Of a DNA stretch of 64,000 bases, positions 38,777 to 49,900 are shown piece after piece. The notes under the pieces were generated by a model. The model was given only the letters and a program-made list of their open reading frames with translations, was not told where the DNA came from and ran no database searches. The stretch comes from Limnothrix sp. BL-A-16 (GTDB lineage Bacteria; Cyanobacteriota; Cyanobacteriia; CACIAM-69d). The stretch's first letter is position 1, and each line of letters opens with the position of its first letter. The position numbers and the translations under genes were made by a program. The stretch is from positions 2,016,001-2,080,000 of the forward strand of contig CP166615.1 of the NCBI GenBank assembly GCA_041937175.2. Reading direction: 5' to 3'.

Positions 38777-39226
38777 ATGGGCCTACTTGACAGCGTGTTT
38801 CGGAAAGCAACTCCCGACGGGACGATCACCCTGTCCTCGCCCGAGGCGTTTGCGGCGATTTTGGTGATTGCCATGGCCGCCGACGGTTACGCCACCGATG
38901 AAGAAGTGCGCACCCTCCGCGACAGCCTCTATCGAATGCAACTGTTCAAGCGCTTTGACGAAGAGCACATGGCCAAAATGATCGACAAACTCTTGGGCAT
39001 CATGCAATCCCAAGGGCCCGATGCGCTGTTCCAAGGGGCCCAAGTGGCCTTGCCCGAAGAGCTGCGCGAAACCGCCTACGCCGTGGCCGCCGATATGACC
39101 CTCACGGACGGAACCTTGGACGCTTCCGAGCAAGAATTTCTGACGGAACTGGCCAGCGCCCTCGCCATTTCCCCCCAAACCGCTGAATTGTTGATCACCG
39201 CCATGACCATCAAAAATCGCGGCTAA
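38777..39226 (+). CDS. TerB family (tellurite-resistance-like) protein
   Basis: EAFAAI..AADG..EE, ETAYAVAADM..DG..E..FL, C-terminal IKNRG. Confidence 0.85.
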   Translation: MGLLDSVFRKATPDGTITLSSPEAFAAILVIAMAADGYATDEEVRTLRDSLYRMQLFKRFDEEHMAKMIDKLLGIMQSQGPDALFQGAQVALPEELRETAYAVAADMTLTDGTLDASEQEFLTELASALAISPQTAELLITAMTIKNRG

Positions 39227-39447
39227 GCAAAAATCGCGGCTAAGGCTGAGGCCAACAGGTCAGCAGCCCAAGAACCGCGATCGGGGGTAGGCTGCCCCAG
39301 AAGCGCAGCAGTTTTTGAGGGCTAATCAGAGGGCTAATCAACGGAGCGATCGACCACCGCCCCAGAAAGATTTCCTCAAACGCTCGTTTGGGGAGCACCG
39401 TTTGCTAGGCTGGCTTTGCACCGAAATGCAATCTCCAACGTTCCTCA

Positions 39448-39999
39448 ATGGGCGCGACTTTAGAACAAATTGCCAGCTACCTCGATCGCCGGGGTTGGAC
39501 CTACGACATTGACCACGAGCGATCGTGGATTGTCACCGCCGTTCAGGCCGACAACCTTGATGACTTTCAATTGGTGGTGCAGCTCGAAGAAGAAGGGCGT
39601 TTTTTCAAGCTGTTTGCGCCCCAGGTCATCAGCGGTATTCAAAGCCACCCTCACAAAGCCGCCATTTTGCAAACCATGTTGAGCATTTCCTGGGAAACCA
39701 AAATGCTCCAGTGGGAATATGACCCCTCCGATGGGGAAATTCGGGCCATCATTGAATTTCCCCTGGAAGATGCGCCCCTCACGGAAAAACAATTTAATCG
39801 CTGCTTGGTGGGGCTGATTCAGATTGTTGATGATTTCGCCATGCCGCGCCTGATGGCGGTGATGGAAACTGGGCTAGACCCAAACGATGAGGAGGTTGGG
39901 GAGCGGCTGTTGTTGGCCCTCCAGGAAGAAGCCCCCGGCCTGTTGGGCCTGTTGGAACGGGCCATGGAAGCTCGCAAGCGGCGCGGCTTGTTCCCTTGA
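39448..39999 (+). CDS. Conserved cyanobacterial hypothetical protein (YbjN/chaperone-like fold possible)
   Basis: 183-aa ORF; LQTMLSISWETKMLQWEYDPSDGEIRAIIEFPLED. Confidence 0.7.
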   Translation: MGATLEQIASYLDRRGWTYDIDHERSWIVTAVQADNLDDFQLVVQLEEEGRFFKLFAPQVISGIQSHPHKAAILQTMLSISWETKMLQWEYDPSDGEIRAIIEFPLEDAPLTEKQFNRCLVGLIQIVDDFAMPRLMAVMETGLDPNDEEVGERLLLALQEEAPGLLGLLERAMEARKRRGLFP

Positions 40000-40300
40000 A
40001 GAACCAATGGCGCGATCAATCCAGCGATTGGTCTCCACCAGCGCTTAATCTCCAATCATGATCAGAGTGCTGACAACGAGCTGCTGAGGGCAAGGGCATT
40101 ACGCGAAGTCGAGATAAAGAGGGCTAATTCACCGGTCGTTTTGGGTTGAGTCTTTTACGGTTCCTTTGCGATCGGCAGTGGATTGATAGTTGATTGGGTT
40201 GCCGAGGCCCGCAAGAAGATGCTGAGGCCGGTGGCCAGGAATCGGCACAGGAGCGAGAGGAGGAGTGATGATCAACACGGCAAGGGGCGATCGGGTGGAC

Positions 40301-41239
40301 ATGGCTCCCGTCACGATCGCCATCATTGGTGCGGGCGTTTGGGGATCGGCCTTGGCCCGGCTGGCGCGGCAAAATCCCCAAGCGATCGTGCGGCTGTGGT
40401 CGCGGCGGAATCTCGAGAGCCTGGGAGAAGCGATCAGGGGAGCCAACTTCGTCCTGTCGGCGGTGTCAATGAAGGGGGTCAGTGACTCGATCGCCCGGTT
40501 AGCGGCCACGGAGATGCCCCCCTCCACGGTGTTGATCACCGCCACCAAGGGACTGGATGCCCAGAGCCACCAAACGCCTTCCCAGATGTGGCATTCGGCT
40601 TTTCCCCAGAACCCGATCGTCGTGTTGTCGGGGCCCAACCTCTCCCAGGAAATTGAACATGGGTTGCCGGCCGCCACGGTGGTGGCCAGCTATGACCAAG
40701 GGGCGGCCGAAGCGGCCCAGCGGCTCTTTGCCTCCAATGTGTTGCGAGTCTATGCCAACCTCGACCCGATCGGGACGGAATTGGGCGGAACCCTCAAGAA
40801 CGTGATGGCGATCGCGGCGGGCGTTTGCGACGGTCTGCAATTGGGAACCAACGCCAAGGCGGCCCTCCTGACCCGGGCCCTGCCGGAAATGATTCGGATT
40901 GGCACGCATTTGGGGGCCCAGGCGGAAACATTTTTCGGGTTGGCGGGCTTGGGCGATTTGCTGGCCACCTGTAACAGCGCCCTCTCGCGCAATTACCAGG
41001 TGGGCTATGGTCTGGCCCAAGGAAAACCGCTCGATCGCGTCCTGGCGGAAATTCACAGCACCGTGGAGGGGATCAACACCGTGGAAGTGTTGGTGGCCAT
41101 TGCCCGCGAGCAACAAATTCCTGTCCCGATCGCCCGTCAAGTCCATCGCCTGTTGCATGGCCAAATCACACCGCAGCAGGCCGTGCGCGCCTTGATTGAT
41201 CGCGATCTCAAGCAAGAATTTGAAGACGAATTGCTTTGA
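40301..41239 (+). CDS. gpsA: NAD(P)H-dependent glycerol-3-phosphate dehydrogenase
   Basis: IIGAGVWG, ATKGL, LSGPNLS.E, ELGGTLKNVMAIAAG, GLGDLLATC, SRNY. Start may be 40265/40268. Confidence 0.95.
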   Translation: MAPVTIAIIGAGVWGSALARLARQNPQAIVRLWSRRNLESLGEAIRGANFVLSAVSMKGVSDSIARLAATEMPPSTVLITATKGLDAQSHQTPSQMWHSAFPQNPIVVLSGPNLSQEIEHGLPAATVVASYDQGAAEAAQRLFASNVLRVYANLDPIGTELGGTLKNVMAIAAGVCDGLQLGTNAKAALLTRALPEMIRIGTHLGAQAETFFGLAGLGDLLATCNSALSRNYQVGYGLAQGKPLDRVLAEIHSTVEGINTVEVLVAIAREQQIPVPIARQVHRLLHGQITPQQAVRALIDRDLKQEFEDELL

Positions 41240-41506
41240 AGCAGTTGCCCGTTAATTCCCAACGAATCCCCAACGAATTCCAAACCAGTCCCAAACCAAC
41301 TCCCAAGCCATCGCCAGCCCAACGTGCGATCGCCCCACCTCAAGGCGCGTCCCCCAGACCAGCCGATCGCCCCGCCAAGCACTCGTCAAATTGCCCGTAA
41401 AATAAGGATTGGCTCATGGCTTCCAGGGCCGGCGTTTCCCAACTCAACGCCCCTTGTCCAGGCGATCGCCCTTTCCTCGCCGGTTGAAATCACCGTTGAA
41501 ATTCCC

Positions 41507-41713
41507 ATGCAAGACTTTTTGAATAACGTTTTACGCTATCCCCGATTTCTGATTAGCTTCAGCCTGGGCGTGGTGCTCACGCTGCTCTCGCCCTTTACGG
41601 GATTGATGCAAGACCGGCGATCGGCGATTGCCGTGGGCTGCCTGTTTGCCTCTGCCTTGGGATTTGTATTCTTTACGCTGCGGGCCATGTTGGGTTTGGC
41701 AGAAGTTCAATAG
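41507..41713 (+). CDS. DUF751 family small membrane protein
   Basis: MQDFLNNVLRYPRFLIS...TLRAMLG; located upstream of rbfA, as is usual in cyanobacteria. Confidence 0.88.
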   Translation: MQDFLNNVLRYPRFLISFSLGVVLTLLSPFTGLMQDRRSAIAVGCLFASALGFVFFTLRAMLGLAEVQ

Positions 41714-41780
41714 CGTTCAACGCCAGTCCAGTCCAACTTCAGGAGCGACGAACTCAAGGAGTAGCCAACTCAAGTTCAAG

Positions 41781-41820
41781 GCAAATTCAAATCAAGCTCA
41801 GCAAATTCAAATCAAGCTCA
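41781..41820. repeat. Perfect 20-bp tandem duplication upstream of rbfA
   Basis: gcaaattcaaatcaagctca x2. Confidence 0.9.
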
Positions 41821-41880
41821 ATCGAGCTTCATGGCCGATGCTTTAACGGCCTTTCGACTGCATTTTTGGAGAATTAAGCA

Positions 41881-42453
41881 ATGGCTACAAACCGGCGAGT
41901 CGCGCGGGTGGCGGAAATGATTCGGCGCGAAGTCAGCCAAATGCTGATGAATGATATTAAGGACGATCGGGTGGGGCTGGGAATGGTCAGCGTCACCGAT
42001 GTGGATGTGTCCGGCGATTTGCAACATGCCAAGATTTTTGTCAGTGTCTATGGCACAACGGAAGCTCGCGAAGCCGCCATGGCCGGTTTGCGATCGGCTA
42101 CTGGCTATGTGCGCAGCGAATTGGGGCAGCGGGTGCGGCTGCGACGAACCCCGGAAGTGATTTTCATCGAAGACAGTTCGATCGAGCGGGGGAGCCGCGT
42201 TCTCAGTCTTTTGGATCAGCTTGAACAACATCGCAAAGAACATCCCCTGGACTTGGAGACGGATCGCCAAATTGGGGCCGATTCAGACTTAGTTGATGAT
42301 GAACTAGATGACGAGCTAGATGATGAATTCGACGATGAACTAGACGACGAATTTGAAGACGAGTTCGACGATGAAGATGATGAATTCGACGATGAGCTAG
42401 ACGACGAAGACGAACTTGATCATGAATTAAATGCAGGATCAGAGGCTGGCTAA
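41881..42453 (+). CDS. rbfA: 30S ribosome-binding factor A with long acidic C-terminal extension
   Basis: [49 protein letters not shown]. Confidence 0.96.
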   Translation: MATNRRVARVAEMIRREVSQMLMNDIKDDRVGLGMVSVTDVDVSGDLQHAKIFVSVYGTTEAREAAMAGLRSATGYVRSELGQRVRLRRTPEVIFIEDSSIERGSRVLSLLDQLEQHRKEHPLDLETDRQIGADSDLVDDELDDELDDEFDDELDDEFEDEFDDEDDEFDDELDDEDELDHELNAGSEAG

Positions 42454-42458
42454 TTGCC

Positions 42459-43427
42459 ATGAGTTACCTAGAAACCGCTGCTGATTTTTACCGGGCCGCC
42501 GCCGTTACCCCAGAGGTGGGGCTATGTTGCGTTCAAGGCAGCACGGTGCAATTTCCAGGGCTGCGAATTCCCGCCCGGATGTCCAACATGAATTATGGTT
42601 GCGGCACAACGGTGCAGCCCACGGAACTGACGGGACAACCCACCGTGCTCTATGTGGGCGTGGGTGGTGGACTGGAAGCTTTGCAATTTGCCTATTTTTC
42701 GCGGCGGCCGGGCGCGGTGATTGCGGTGGAGCCGGTGGCAGAAATGCGATCGGCAGCGATCGAGAACTTACAGCAAGCCGCCCAGTTAAACGACTGGTTT
42801 GATTTGAGCTTTGTGCAAATTGTGGCCGGTGATGCCTTTGATTTGCCGATCGCCCCTGAGTCAGTGGATGTGATGGCCCAAAACTGCTTGTTCAATATTT
42901 TTGAACCGGCGGATCTCGATCGAGCCCTGGCGGAAGCACACCGCGTTCTGAAACCCGGCGGCCGGTTAATGATGAGCGACCCGATCGCGCAGGAACCCAT
43001 TCCCGAACACCTGCGCCAGGATGACCGGCTGCGGGCCATGTGCCTTTCCGGGGCCCTCCCCTACGAAACCTACGTCGATCAAATTGTGGCCGCCGGATTT
43101 GGCCAAGTGGAAATTCGGGCCCGCCGTCCCTATCGCCTCCTCGATCGCGCCACCTACCAAATTGAGAGCGACCTGCTGCTCGAAAGCCTTGATAGTGTTG
43201 CCTTTAAAGTCCCCATTCCTGAGGATGGCCCCTGCATTTTCACGGGCAAAACGGCCATTTACACCGGCCCCCAGGATCACTACAACGATGGCCAAGGTCA
43301 TCAACTCGATCGAGGTGTCCCGGCGGGTGTTTGCGACAAAACCGCTGCCAACTTAGCAGCCCAAGAACCCGCTCAAATAACCATCACCCCTTCCACTTGG
43401 CACTATCGCGGTGATGGCTGCTGTTAG
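42459..43427 (+). CDS. arsM: Arsenite S-adenosylmethyltransferase, arsenosugar-pathway (cyanobacterial) type
   Basis: GLCC, MNYGCG, YVGVGGGLEA (SAM motif I), QNCLFNIF, RAMCLSGA, DGPCIFTGKTAIY, VCDKTA, C-terminal GCC. Confidence 0.85.
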   Translation: MSYLETAADFYRAAAVTPEVGLCCVQGSTVQFPGLRIPARMSNMNYGCGTTVQPTELTGQPTVLYVGVGGGLEALQFAYFSRRPGAVIAVEPVAEMRSAAIENLQQAAQLNDWFDLSFVQIVAGDAFDLPIAPESVDVMAQNCLFNIFEPADLDRALAEAHRVLKPGGRLMMSDPIAQEPIPEHLRQDDRLRAMCLSGALPYETYVDQIVAAGFGQVEIRARRPYRLLDRATYQIESDLLLESLDSVAFKVPIPEDGPCIFTGKTAIYTGPQDHYNDGQGHQLDRGVPAGVCDKTAANLAAQEPAQITITPSTWHYRGDGCC

Positions 43428-43473
43428 AAATTGGGGGGGTATTCAGCATCAGCCGTTTGAGAACCTTGCCTGC

Positions 43474-44778
43474 TCAAACCGATTCGGCACGCAGGGCGAT
43501 CGGCAACTCAATGCAGAATTCAGCCCCCGCTCCCTTGGCTGACTCAACGGTCAATTGCCCGTGGTGATGATTCACAATAATTTGATAGCTACTGGCCAAA
43601 TTTAAACCTACTCCTTGCCCGATCGGCTTCGTGGTGAAGAATGGGTCAAATAATTGGCGCTGAACTTCTGGAGAAATTCCCACCCCGTTGTCCCGAATTC
43701 GCACCTGAATGGTGGTGGGGCTAATGCGTTCGGTGCAAATCCAAATCGTTGGATCTTCCTGAAGTTGCTGTTTTTGCACCGCAGAACTCAGTGCTTCGAT
43801 CGCATTATTCAAAATATTCAGAAAAACCTGATTTACCTGGCCCGCATGGCACTTCACAGGCGGCAAATCCCCATAGGCTTTAATCACGCGAATTTTCAAA
43901 TCGGCTAAGGGTTGATTCAGCAACAGCAAAGTGCTGTCCAATCCATCGTGCAAGTTCACCGACTTAATTTCAGCTTCTCCTAATCGCGAAAAAATACGCA
44001 AAGCCAGGATAATTGACTGAATGCGATCGACCCCATTTTGCATCGCATCCACCAGTGATTGAAAGTCACGGGCAATGAACTCCAAATCGATTTCTTTCAG
44101 AATCCTTTGCACCGACTCCGGCGGATTAGGGCAAGCCGCCTGATACTGATTTAGTAACTCAAATAGTGTTGCCAAATACTCCCTTGCAGGCGACAAATTA
44201 CCCGCAATAAAACTCAGAGGATTATTAATTTCATGGGCCATTCCCGCCGCCAATTGGCCAATGCTGGCCATTTTTTCCTGCTGCAACAGTCGCAAATGGG
44301 TTTGGCGCAATTCTTCCAGCACCCTTTGCAGGGTTAGGTTTTGGGTAACAAGGCTCTCTTGGGCCCGCTTCAGAGCGAGCTGATTTTCAATGCGGGCAAT
44401 GACTTCTTCTAATTGAAAAGGCTTGGTGATGTAGTCAGCACCACCCATTTGAAAGGCTTGCACTTTATCCTGGGCACTATCGAGGGCGCTCAAGAAAATA
44501 ATCGGAATTTCTTTGAGGTGATCATTTTCCTTGAGGACGCGACAAACGTCATAGCCATTCATGCCCGGCATGTTGATATCCAACAGAATCAGTCTGGGTG
44601 GATCGGCATGAATTGATTGCAAAGCCATGGGGCCGTTGAGGGCTTTGCGAACGGAGTAGCCCTGTTCTACTAAGAGGGATGATAGGAACTGAATATTGGC
44701 GATCGTGTCGTCAACAATCAGAATGTCCTCTTTTGTGTCCGATTGGGTAGACATCGCGGGTGCAACCGTGGCATTCAT
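43474..44778 (-). CDS. Response regulator-histidine kinase hybrid (REC-HisKA-HATPase)
   Basis: ILIVDD..LILLDINMP..YITKPF; GMAHEINNP; NILNNAIEA, DNGVGI, FFTTKP; G2 box reads GVGLNL. Confidence 0.92.
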   Translation of the reverse strand: MNATVAPAMSTQSDTKEDILIVDDTIANIQFLSSLLVEQGYSVRKALNGPMALQSIHADPPRLILLDINMPGMNGYDVCRVLKENDHLKEIPIIFLSALDSAQDKVQAFQMGGADYITKPFQLEEVIARIENQLALKRAQESLVTQNLTLQRVLEELRQTHLRLLQQEKMASIGQLAAGMAHEINNPLSFIAGNLSPAREYLATLFELLNQYQAACPNPPESVQRILKEIDLEFIARDFQSLVDAMQNGVDRIQSIILALRIFSRLGEAEIKSVNLHDGLDSTLLLLNQPLADLKIRVIKAYGDLPPVKCHAGQVNQVFLNILNNAIEALSSAVQKQQLQEDPTIWICTERISPTTIQVRIRDNGVGISPEVQRQLFDPFFTTKPIGQGVGLNLASSYQIIVNHHHGQLTVESAKGAGAEFCIELPIALRAESV

Positions 44779-44801
44779 CGGCAAAACTCAGGAAATAGAT
44801 A

Positions 44802-46910
44802 TCAACCCTGATGAGACCAGGATTTAATGGGATAGTTGATCAAGAAATCTTCCATTTCGGCAACCATGAGGGGTTTAGCCACCCAATAGCCTTGAATGAA
44901 ATCACATTGAAATTCTTGTAATTTTTGGAGTTGAGCGATCGTTTCAACGCCTTCCGCCACAATCTGTTTTTGCATGGTTTGGGCAATGTGGATGATGGCG
45001 GCTACGAGTTCGCCCCGTTCGTGGGACTCATCCAGGGGCGTGATGAAGGAGCGATCGATCTTGAGAATGTCCACGGGCAGTTTTTGTAAATAACTCAGGG
45101 ATGAATAGCCCGTTCCAAAATCATCGACGCAAATTTGAATTTGTCGATCACGCAAATTATTTAAAACGGCAATATTCTGCGGGGTGTGACCCATAAACAC
45201 CCCTTCGGTAATTTCTAGCTTCAGGCAGGAGAGATCTACAGCCAGGCTTTGCACAATTTGATTGAACTTTTCTAAAAAGTCCTGTTGGCTAATTTGGCGA
45301 ACTGAAAGATTCACGCTCACAAATAGAGGCCGATCGCCCGGGCGATCGCGATTCCACCGTTGAATCTGTTTCAGCGCTTCAGCCAACACAAACTCCCCGA
45401 TCGCCACAATTAGTCCTGTCTCTTCTGCGACGGGAATAAACATGGAAGGGGGCACATAACCATGCACCGGATGGGGCCAGCGCACCAGGGCTTCGCAACC
45501 GGCCAATTCCCCAGTGGCCACGCAAACAATGGGCTGATAGGCCACTTGCAGTGCCTGGTTTTGGAGGGCATGGCGCAGCTCGGTTTCCATCTCCAGGGTC
45601 TGGAGGGCGTAGCGATGCATGGCCTTGTTGAACTGTTGGTATTGACCCCGGCCCATGGCTTTGGCTTGATACATGGCCGCGTCGGCATCCCGCAGCAGGT
45701 GTTCTGGGTGGCTGTAGTTGTCCGAGTCTACGGCAATGCCAATGCTGGCGTTGGTGAAAATTTCATGGCCCTGGAGCTTAAACGATCGCTGCAAGGCTTC
45801 CATGACCCGATCGGCATAGGTTTGGGCCAAGGTGAGGGGATCGGGCCCCTGTAACAGCAGGGTAAATTCATCGCCCCCAAACCGCGCCATGAGGTGGGGC
45901 GGCTCCAACAGGGACTGAAGCCGTTGGGCCAGGCTAATTAACAGTTGATCGCCCACAAAATGCCCCAAGGAATCGTTCACCACTTTGAACCGATCGCAGT
46001 CAACAAACAGCACTGCCACCCGATCGGCTTGGGCTTGGCGAGCGGCTTGAAACCGTTCCGCCAACTCCCGCGTAAAAGCGGTACGGTTGGGCAACCCCGT
46101 GAGGTCATCCCGCAGCACCAGATCCATCAGTTGTTCTTGTAGCCGTTGGCGCTCTTGAATTTCCGTATGCAGGGCCGCATTCGCCTGTTCCAGGGCCCAA
46201 GTGCGCTCCCGCACACGCCGTTCCAAGTCCAAGTTCAACTCGGCCATTCGCTGTTGAGCCGATCGAGCCTGCAAATGGGTGCGTACCCGGGCGAGCACTT
46301 CCTGACCATGAAAGGGCTTGGTGATGTAGTCTGAACCACCCACATCAAAGGCCCGCACCTTGTCGAAGGCATCGCTGAGGCCACTGAGAAAAATGACGGG
46401 AATGTCGGCGGTGCTGGGATTCGCCTTCAGGGCCTGGCAAACGCTGTAGCCGTCCATGTCCGGCATCATGATATCGAGCAGGATCAGATCCGGTGCGTCG
46501 GCGGCCACGGCCCGCAGGGCCATGGAACCGTTGATCGCCTTGCGAATTTGATATTGCTCACTGGCCAAAAGGGCTGCCAAGAGTTTCAGGTTTTCGGGGG
46601 TATCGTCCACAATCAAGATATCGGCCGGCTGGAGATCCACCTGTTGAAAACTAGCTGGCTCGATATTGGTGTCAGCCATTGCAGGGGTCGCAGCCCGATC
46701 GGGAGCGATCACCGCAGCGGCCGCGGGTCGATCGAGCGGTTGGTCGGCATGGGGCCAGCCGCTCGATCGATCCCGGCCAGGTTCCTGGAATTCACTCACA
46801 ACCCCGGGCAAATGCCCCGCAAGGGGCGCGTGAGTGGCGGCAGGCGAGTCCGGTGGCTGGTCGGGTTGGGAAGCGGAGTGCGACATGGCAGGCAACAACT
46901 CAGGCGGCAT
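44802..46910 (-). CDS. REC-GGDEF-EAL c-di-GMP response regulator
   Basis: ILIVDD..LDIMMP..TKPF; DDLTGLPNR; ARFGGDEF; CEALVRW; DDFGTGYSSLSYL; AEGVET. Start uncertain. Confidence 0.93.
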   Translation of the reverse strand: MPPELLPAMSHSASQPDQPPDSPAATHAPLAGHLPGVVSEFQEPGRDRSSGWPHADQPLDRPAAAAVIAPDRAATPAMADTNIEPASFQQVDLQPADILIVDDTPENLKLLAALLASEQYQIRKAINGSMALRAVAADAPDLILLDIMMPDMDGYSVCQALKANPSTADIPVIFLSGLSDAFDKVRAFDVGGSDYITKPFHGQEVLARVRTHLQARSAQQRMAELNLDLERRVRERTWALEQANAALHTEIQERQRLQEQLMDLVLRDDLTGLPNRTAFTRELAERFQAARQAQADRVAVLFVDCDRFKVVNDSLGHFVGDQLLISLAQRLQSLLEPPHLMARFGGDEFTLLLQGPDPLTLAQTYADRVMEALQRSFKLQGHEIFTNASIGIAVDSDNYSHPEHLLRDADAAMYQAKAMGRGQYQQFNKAMHRYALQTLEMETELRHALQNQALQVAYQPIVCVATGELAGCEALVRWPHPVHGYVPPSMFIPVAEETGLIVAIGEFVLAEALKQIQRWNRDRPGDRPLFVSVNLSVRQISQQDFLEKFNQIVQSLAVDLSCLKLEITEGVFMGHTPQNIAVLNNLRDRQIQICVDDFGTGYSSLSYLQKLPVDILKIDRSFITPLDESHERGELVAAIIHIAQTMQKQIVAEGVETIAQLQKLQEFQCDFIQGYWVAKPLMVAEMEDFLINYPIKSWSHQG

Positions 46911-46930
46911 GTTGAGACAAACGGACTGAT

Positions 46931-49900
46931 CTAGGGGGCGGATTGCGCTTCATCCAGTAACTCCAACACCCGATCGAACCGCAAACCGTCAATCCATTGG
47001 CTGAAGACTTGGCGCAAGGCGTTGGCACTGTCCGGCAGCGCCTCCAAAAGCTGCAAGGCTTGGCTATCGCTGCCTCGGGTGACGGCCGCTCGGAATTGCT
47101 GCTGCCAAGGATCGGGCAAGCTCGCCAGTTGGGCCAGCAAGGTATGGGGATCCGCATCGATCGGGGCGGTGTTGGGTTCCGGTTCCACAGGCGCTTGGTA
47201 GAGATATTGCACCCCTAATTTTTGACCCAACAACTCCAGCAGATCGGTGAAGTTAAAAGGTTTACAGATCAACTCATCACAGCCGGCCGCCAAGATCGCC
47301 GCTCGATCTTGATCAAAGGCGCTGGCCGTTAAAGCAATGATCAGCGTTTGGTGGCCGCCGGGCTGGGATTTGATCAGGCGACTGGCCGCGTAACCATCCA
47401 AACCAGGCATTTTCATATCCATAAAGATGGCCTGGGGGTGGTGCTGTTGCCACAGTTCGACAGCCATTTGACCATTGATGGCGGTGATGGTCTGAAAGCC
47501 CACTTGGTTCAGCAAGTCCGTGAGCAGGGCGCGGCTGTCCGCATGGTCATCGGCCACCAAAATCAAATAGGCCGGTTGTCCCGGAGCCAACCGCAGGATG
47601 GGCTGCTGGGAAGCGGAGTCGATCGCGCCGCTGGTTGCTGCCCGCTGGGCTTGGATCGTGACCGTGAAGGTAGCTCCCGTTTGCGGTTGACTATAAACCG
47701 AGATGTCGCCGCCTAACAAGCGGGCAAATTCCCGAGAAATGGACAGGCCCAACCCGGTTCCCTGGCCCGATCGCTGGCCAACGGCTGTTTGCTCAAAGGG
47801 ACGAAACAGTTGGGCAATTTCTTCAGCCGACAGGCCCGGCCCCGTGTCGCTGATGGTGAACTCCAGACCAATGGCGGCGGGGTCGGTCTCGCGGGTGGCC
47901 GGGGTCTCGGCGATCAGTGGCGATCGCTCCCCGATCGGGGTGGTTGACAGTTCCCGCGCCGTCAAAATCACCCGCCCCCGATCGGTAAATTTCAACGCAT
48001 TGCCCAACAGATTCAACAAAATTTGCCGCAATCGGTTCTGATCCGTAATCACAAATTGCGACAGGGTGGCCGATCGCTCAAAAAGCAATACCAACCCCTT
48101 GCTTTCCGCCTTCACGGTCAACAGATCTTGCAAGCTGTCTAGCAACCGGTGCAGATCAAACCGTTCCAGTTGCAGCGTCATTTGGGCCGCTTCGATTTTG
48201 GACATATCCAAAATGCTGTTGATCAGGCCCAAGAGATGCTCGCCGCTGCGGTTCACAATATTGGTCTGCTGGCGGTGTGTCAGGGAAAGGGACGGATCGC
48301 GCGCCATCAGTTGAGTAAAGCCCAAAATCGCATTCAGGGGGGTGCGAAGTTCGTGGCTCATTTGGGCTAAAAAGTGACTTTTGGCCCGGTTGGCTCGATC
48401 GGCCTCTTCCTTGGCGGCCAATAGTTCGATCGTTTGCTGTTGGGTTTTGGCGAGCAATTCGGCCTGTTGCACGGCCACGCCAAATTGCTCAGCAATCCGC
48501 ACCACGCTGGCCACTTCCACCTCCGTCCAACTGCGCGGCTGGTCATTTTGGTAGCAAGCCAACAGGCCCCACAACTGCTCCCGACAGAAAATCGGCACGA
48601 TGATATAGGCCCTGGCCTCCAGGGCCTCTAGTAACCGGAGATAGCAATCATCGAAGTTGTAGGCGTAGATATCACTGACACAGCGACAACTACGGGTGGT
48701 TTGGTAGCTGCCTCCTTGGGTGTCCTGGAGGTAGGAATCTTGAATCAACAGGTTTTGGCTATCGATCGTTTTGATAATGCATTCCGGGCGATCGACCGCA
48801 ATTCGCTCAATGGTGGTGTTGTTATAAACCGGTGTCCAACCGGGAACCACGGACTCTGAAACCACTCGCCCGCTCCAGTTCGGCTCAAAGCGGTAGACCA
48901 AAACGCGATCGCACTCAATAATTTGCTGAAGCTCGCTGGTGGTGGTGTCCAGGATGGTTTGTAATTCCAGGGTGCGCCGCATCCGTTGAATCACGCGGGC
49001 GATGGTGGTTTCGCGGCGGGCAGTTTTTTGGAGGGCTAACTCGGCCAGCCGGCGATCGGTAATGTCCGTCAGGGAACAAACCACCCGCTCCACCTGCTGA
49101 TCTTCATTCAGAATTGGATCCGCATTCACCAACAACCAGCGCCGCTGTTCGCCTTCGTTCAAGCTCAAGATGGTGTTGGCCAAGCGCCATTGGGGATTGG
49201 TGATGCGATCGGTAGTCCAAGATTGCCCCGTCGATCGATTGGCGGCCCCACCGCCACCGGTTTCACCCCCATCCCAACCCAAACTGGCGCTGAAGCTGGA
49301 ACTGAAGCCGGTGAAATTGGCTTTTAGCAGGTTGCCTACGCCTCGGTTCACCGTCGGGCGATTGGGCACGGTGGCATCCGGCTCCCCCAACGCCAAAATC
49401 TGCTGAAGCGGCATCAGGTCTTGGCCAAGGGTGAAATCATTCGGATTAAGAGTGGGCAACCCCGCATGGAAAATTTGCCCCTGAAGAGCCTCGACAGAGG
49501 TGCCCAGCAGCTTGGCCGCCATGGGATTGCAAGACAAGATACGCCCACCCGCATCCACCAGCAGCACCCCCGTTGGCAGGCGATCGATCAGCAGTCGAAA
49601 CCGCATCTCACTTTCGCTGAGGGTTTGCTCCCGCACTCGCTGTCGATCGAGTATTCGCTCAAACGTGGAAATGGCTAGAGCAATCACCAAAATGACGATC
49701 GCCCCCAAGGCCACATCCACCGCCAACCCCGCCGAAGTGATGCTGGGTAAGTTGGCAGGCTGATTGAAAGATCCGCTCCCGATCGGGAAATCTGGGGTCT
49801 GCTCCGAAAACCCAGAAGCTGGGTGATTCACCATCCAAAACTGCGTGCTGGCCATGGCGGTGTAGTGCATCCCGCCAATTCCGCAACCCATGATGGTGGC

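Noticed and set aside
38777..39999. TerB plus hypothetical as an anti-phage or tellurite-resistance island
   Set aside because: Only a solitary TerB among housekeeping genes; no other ter or defence genes and no compositional shift.
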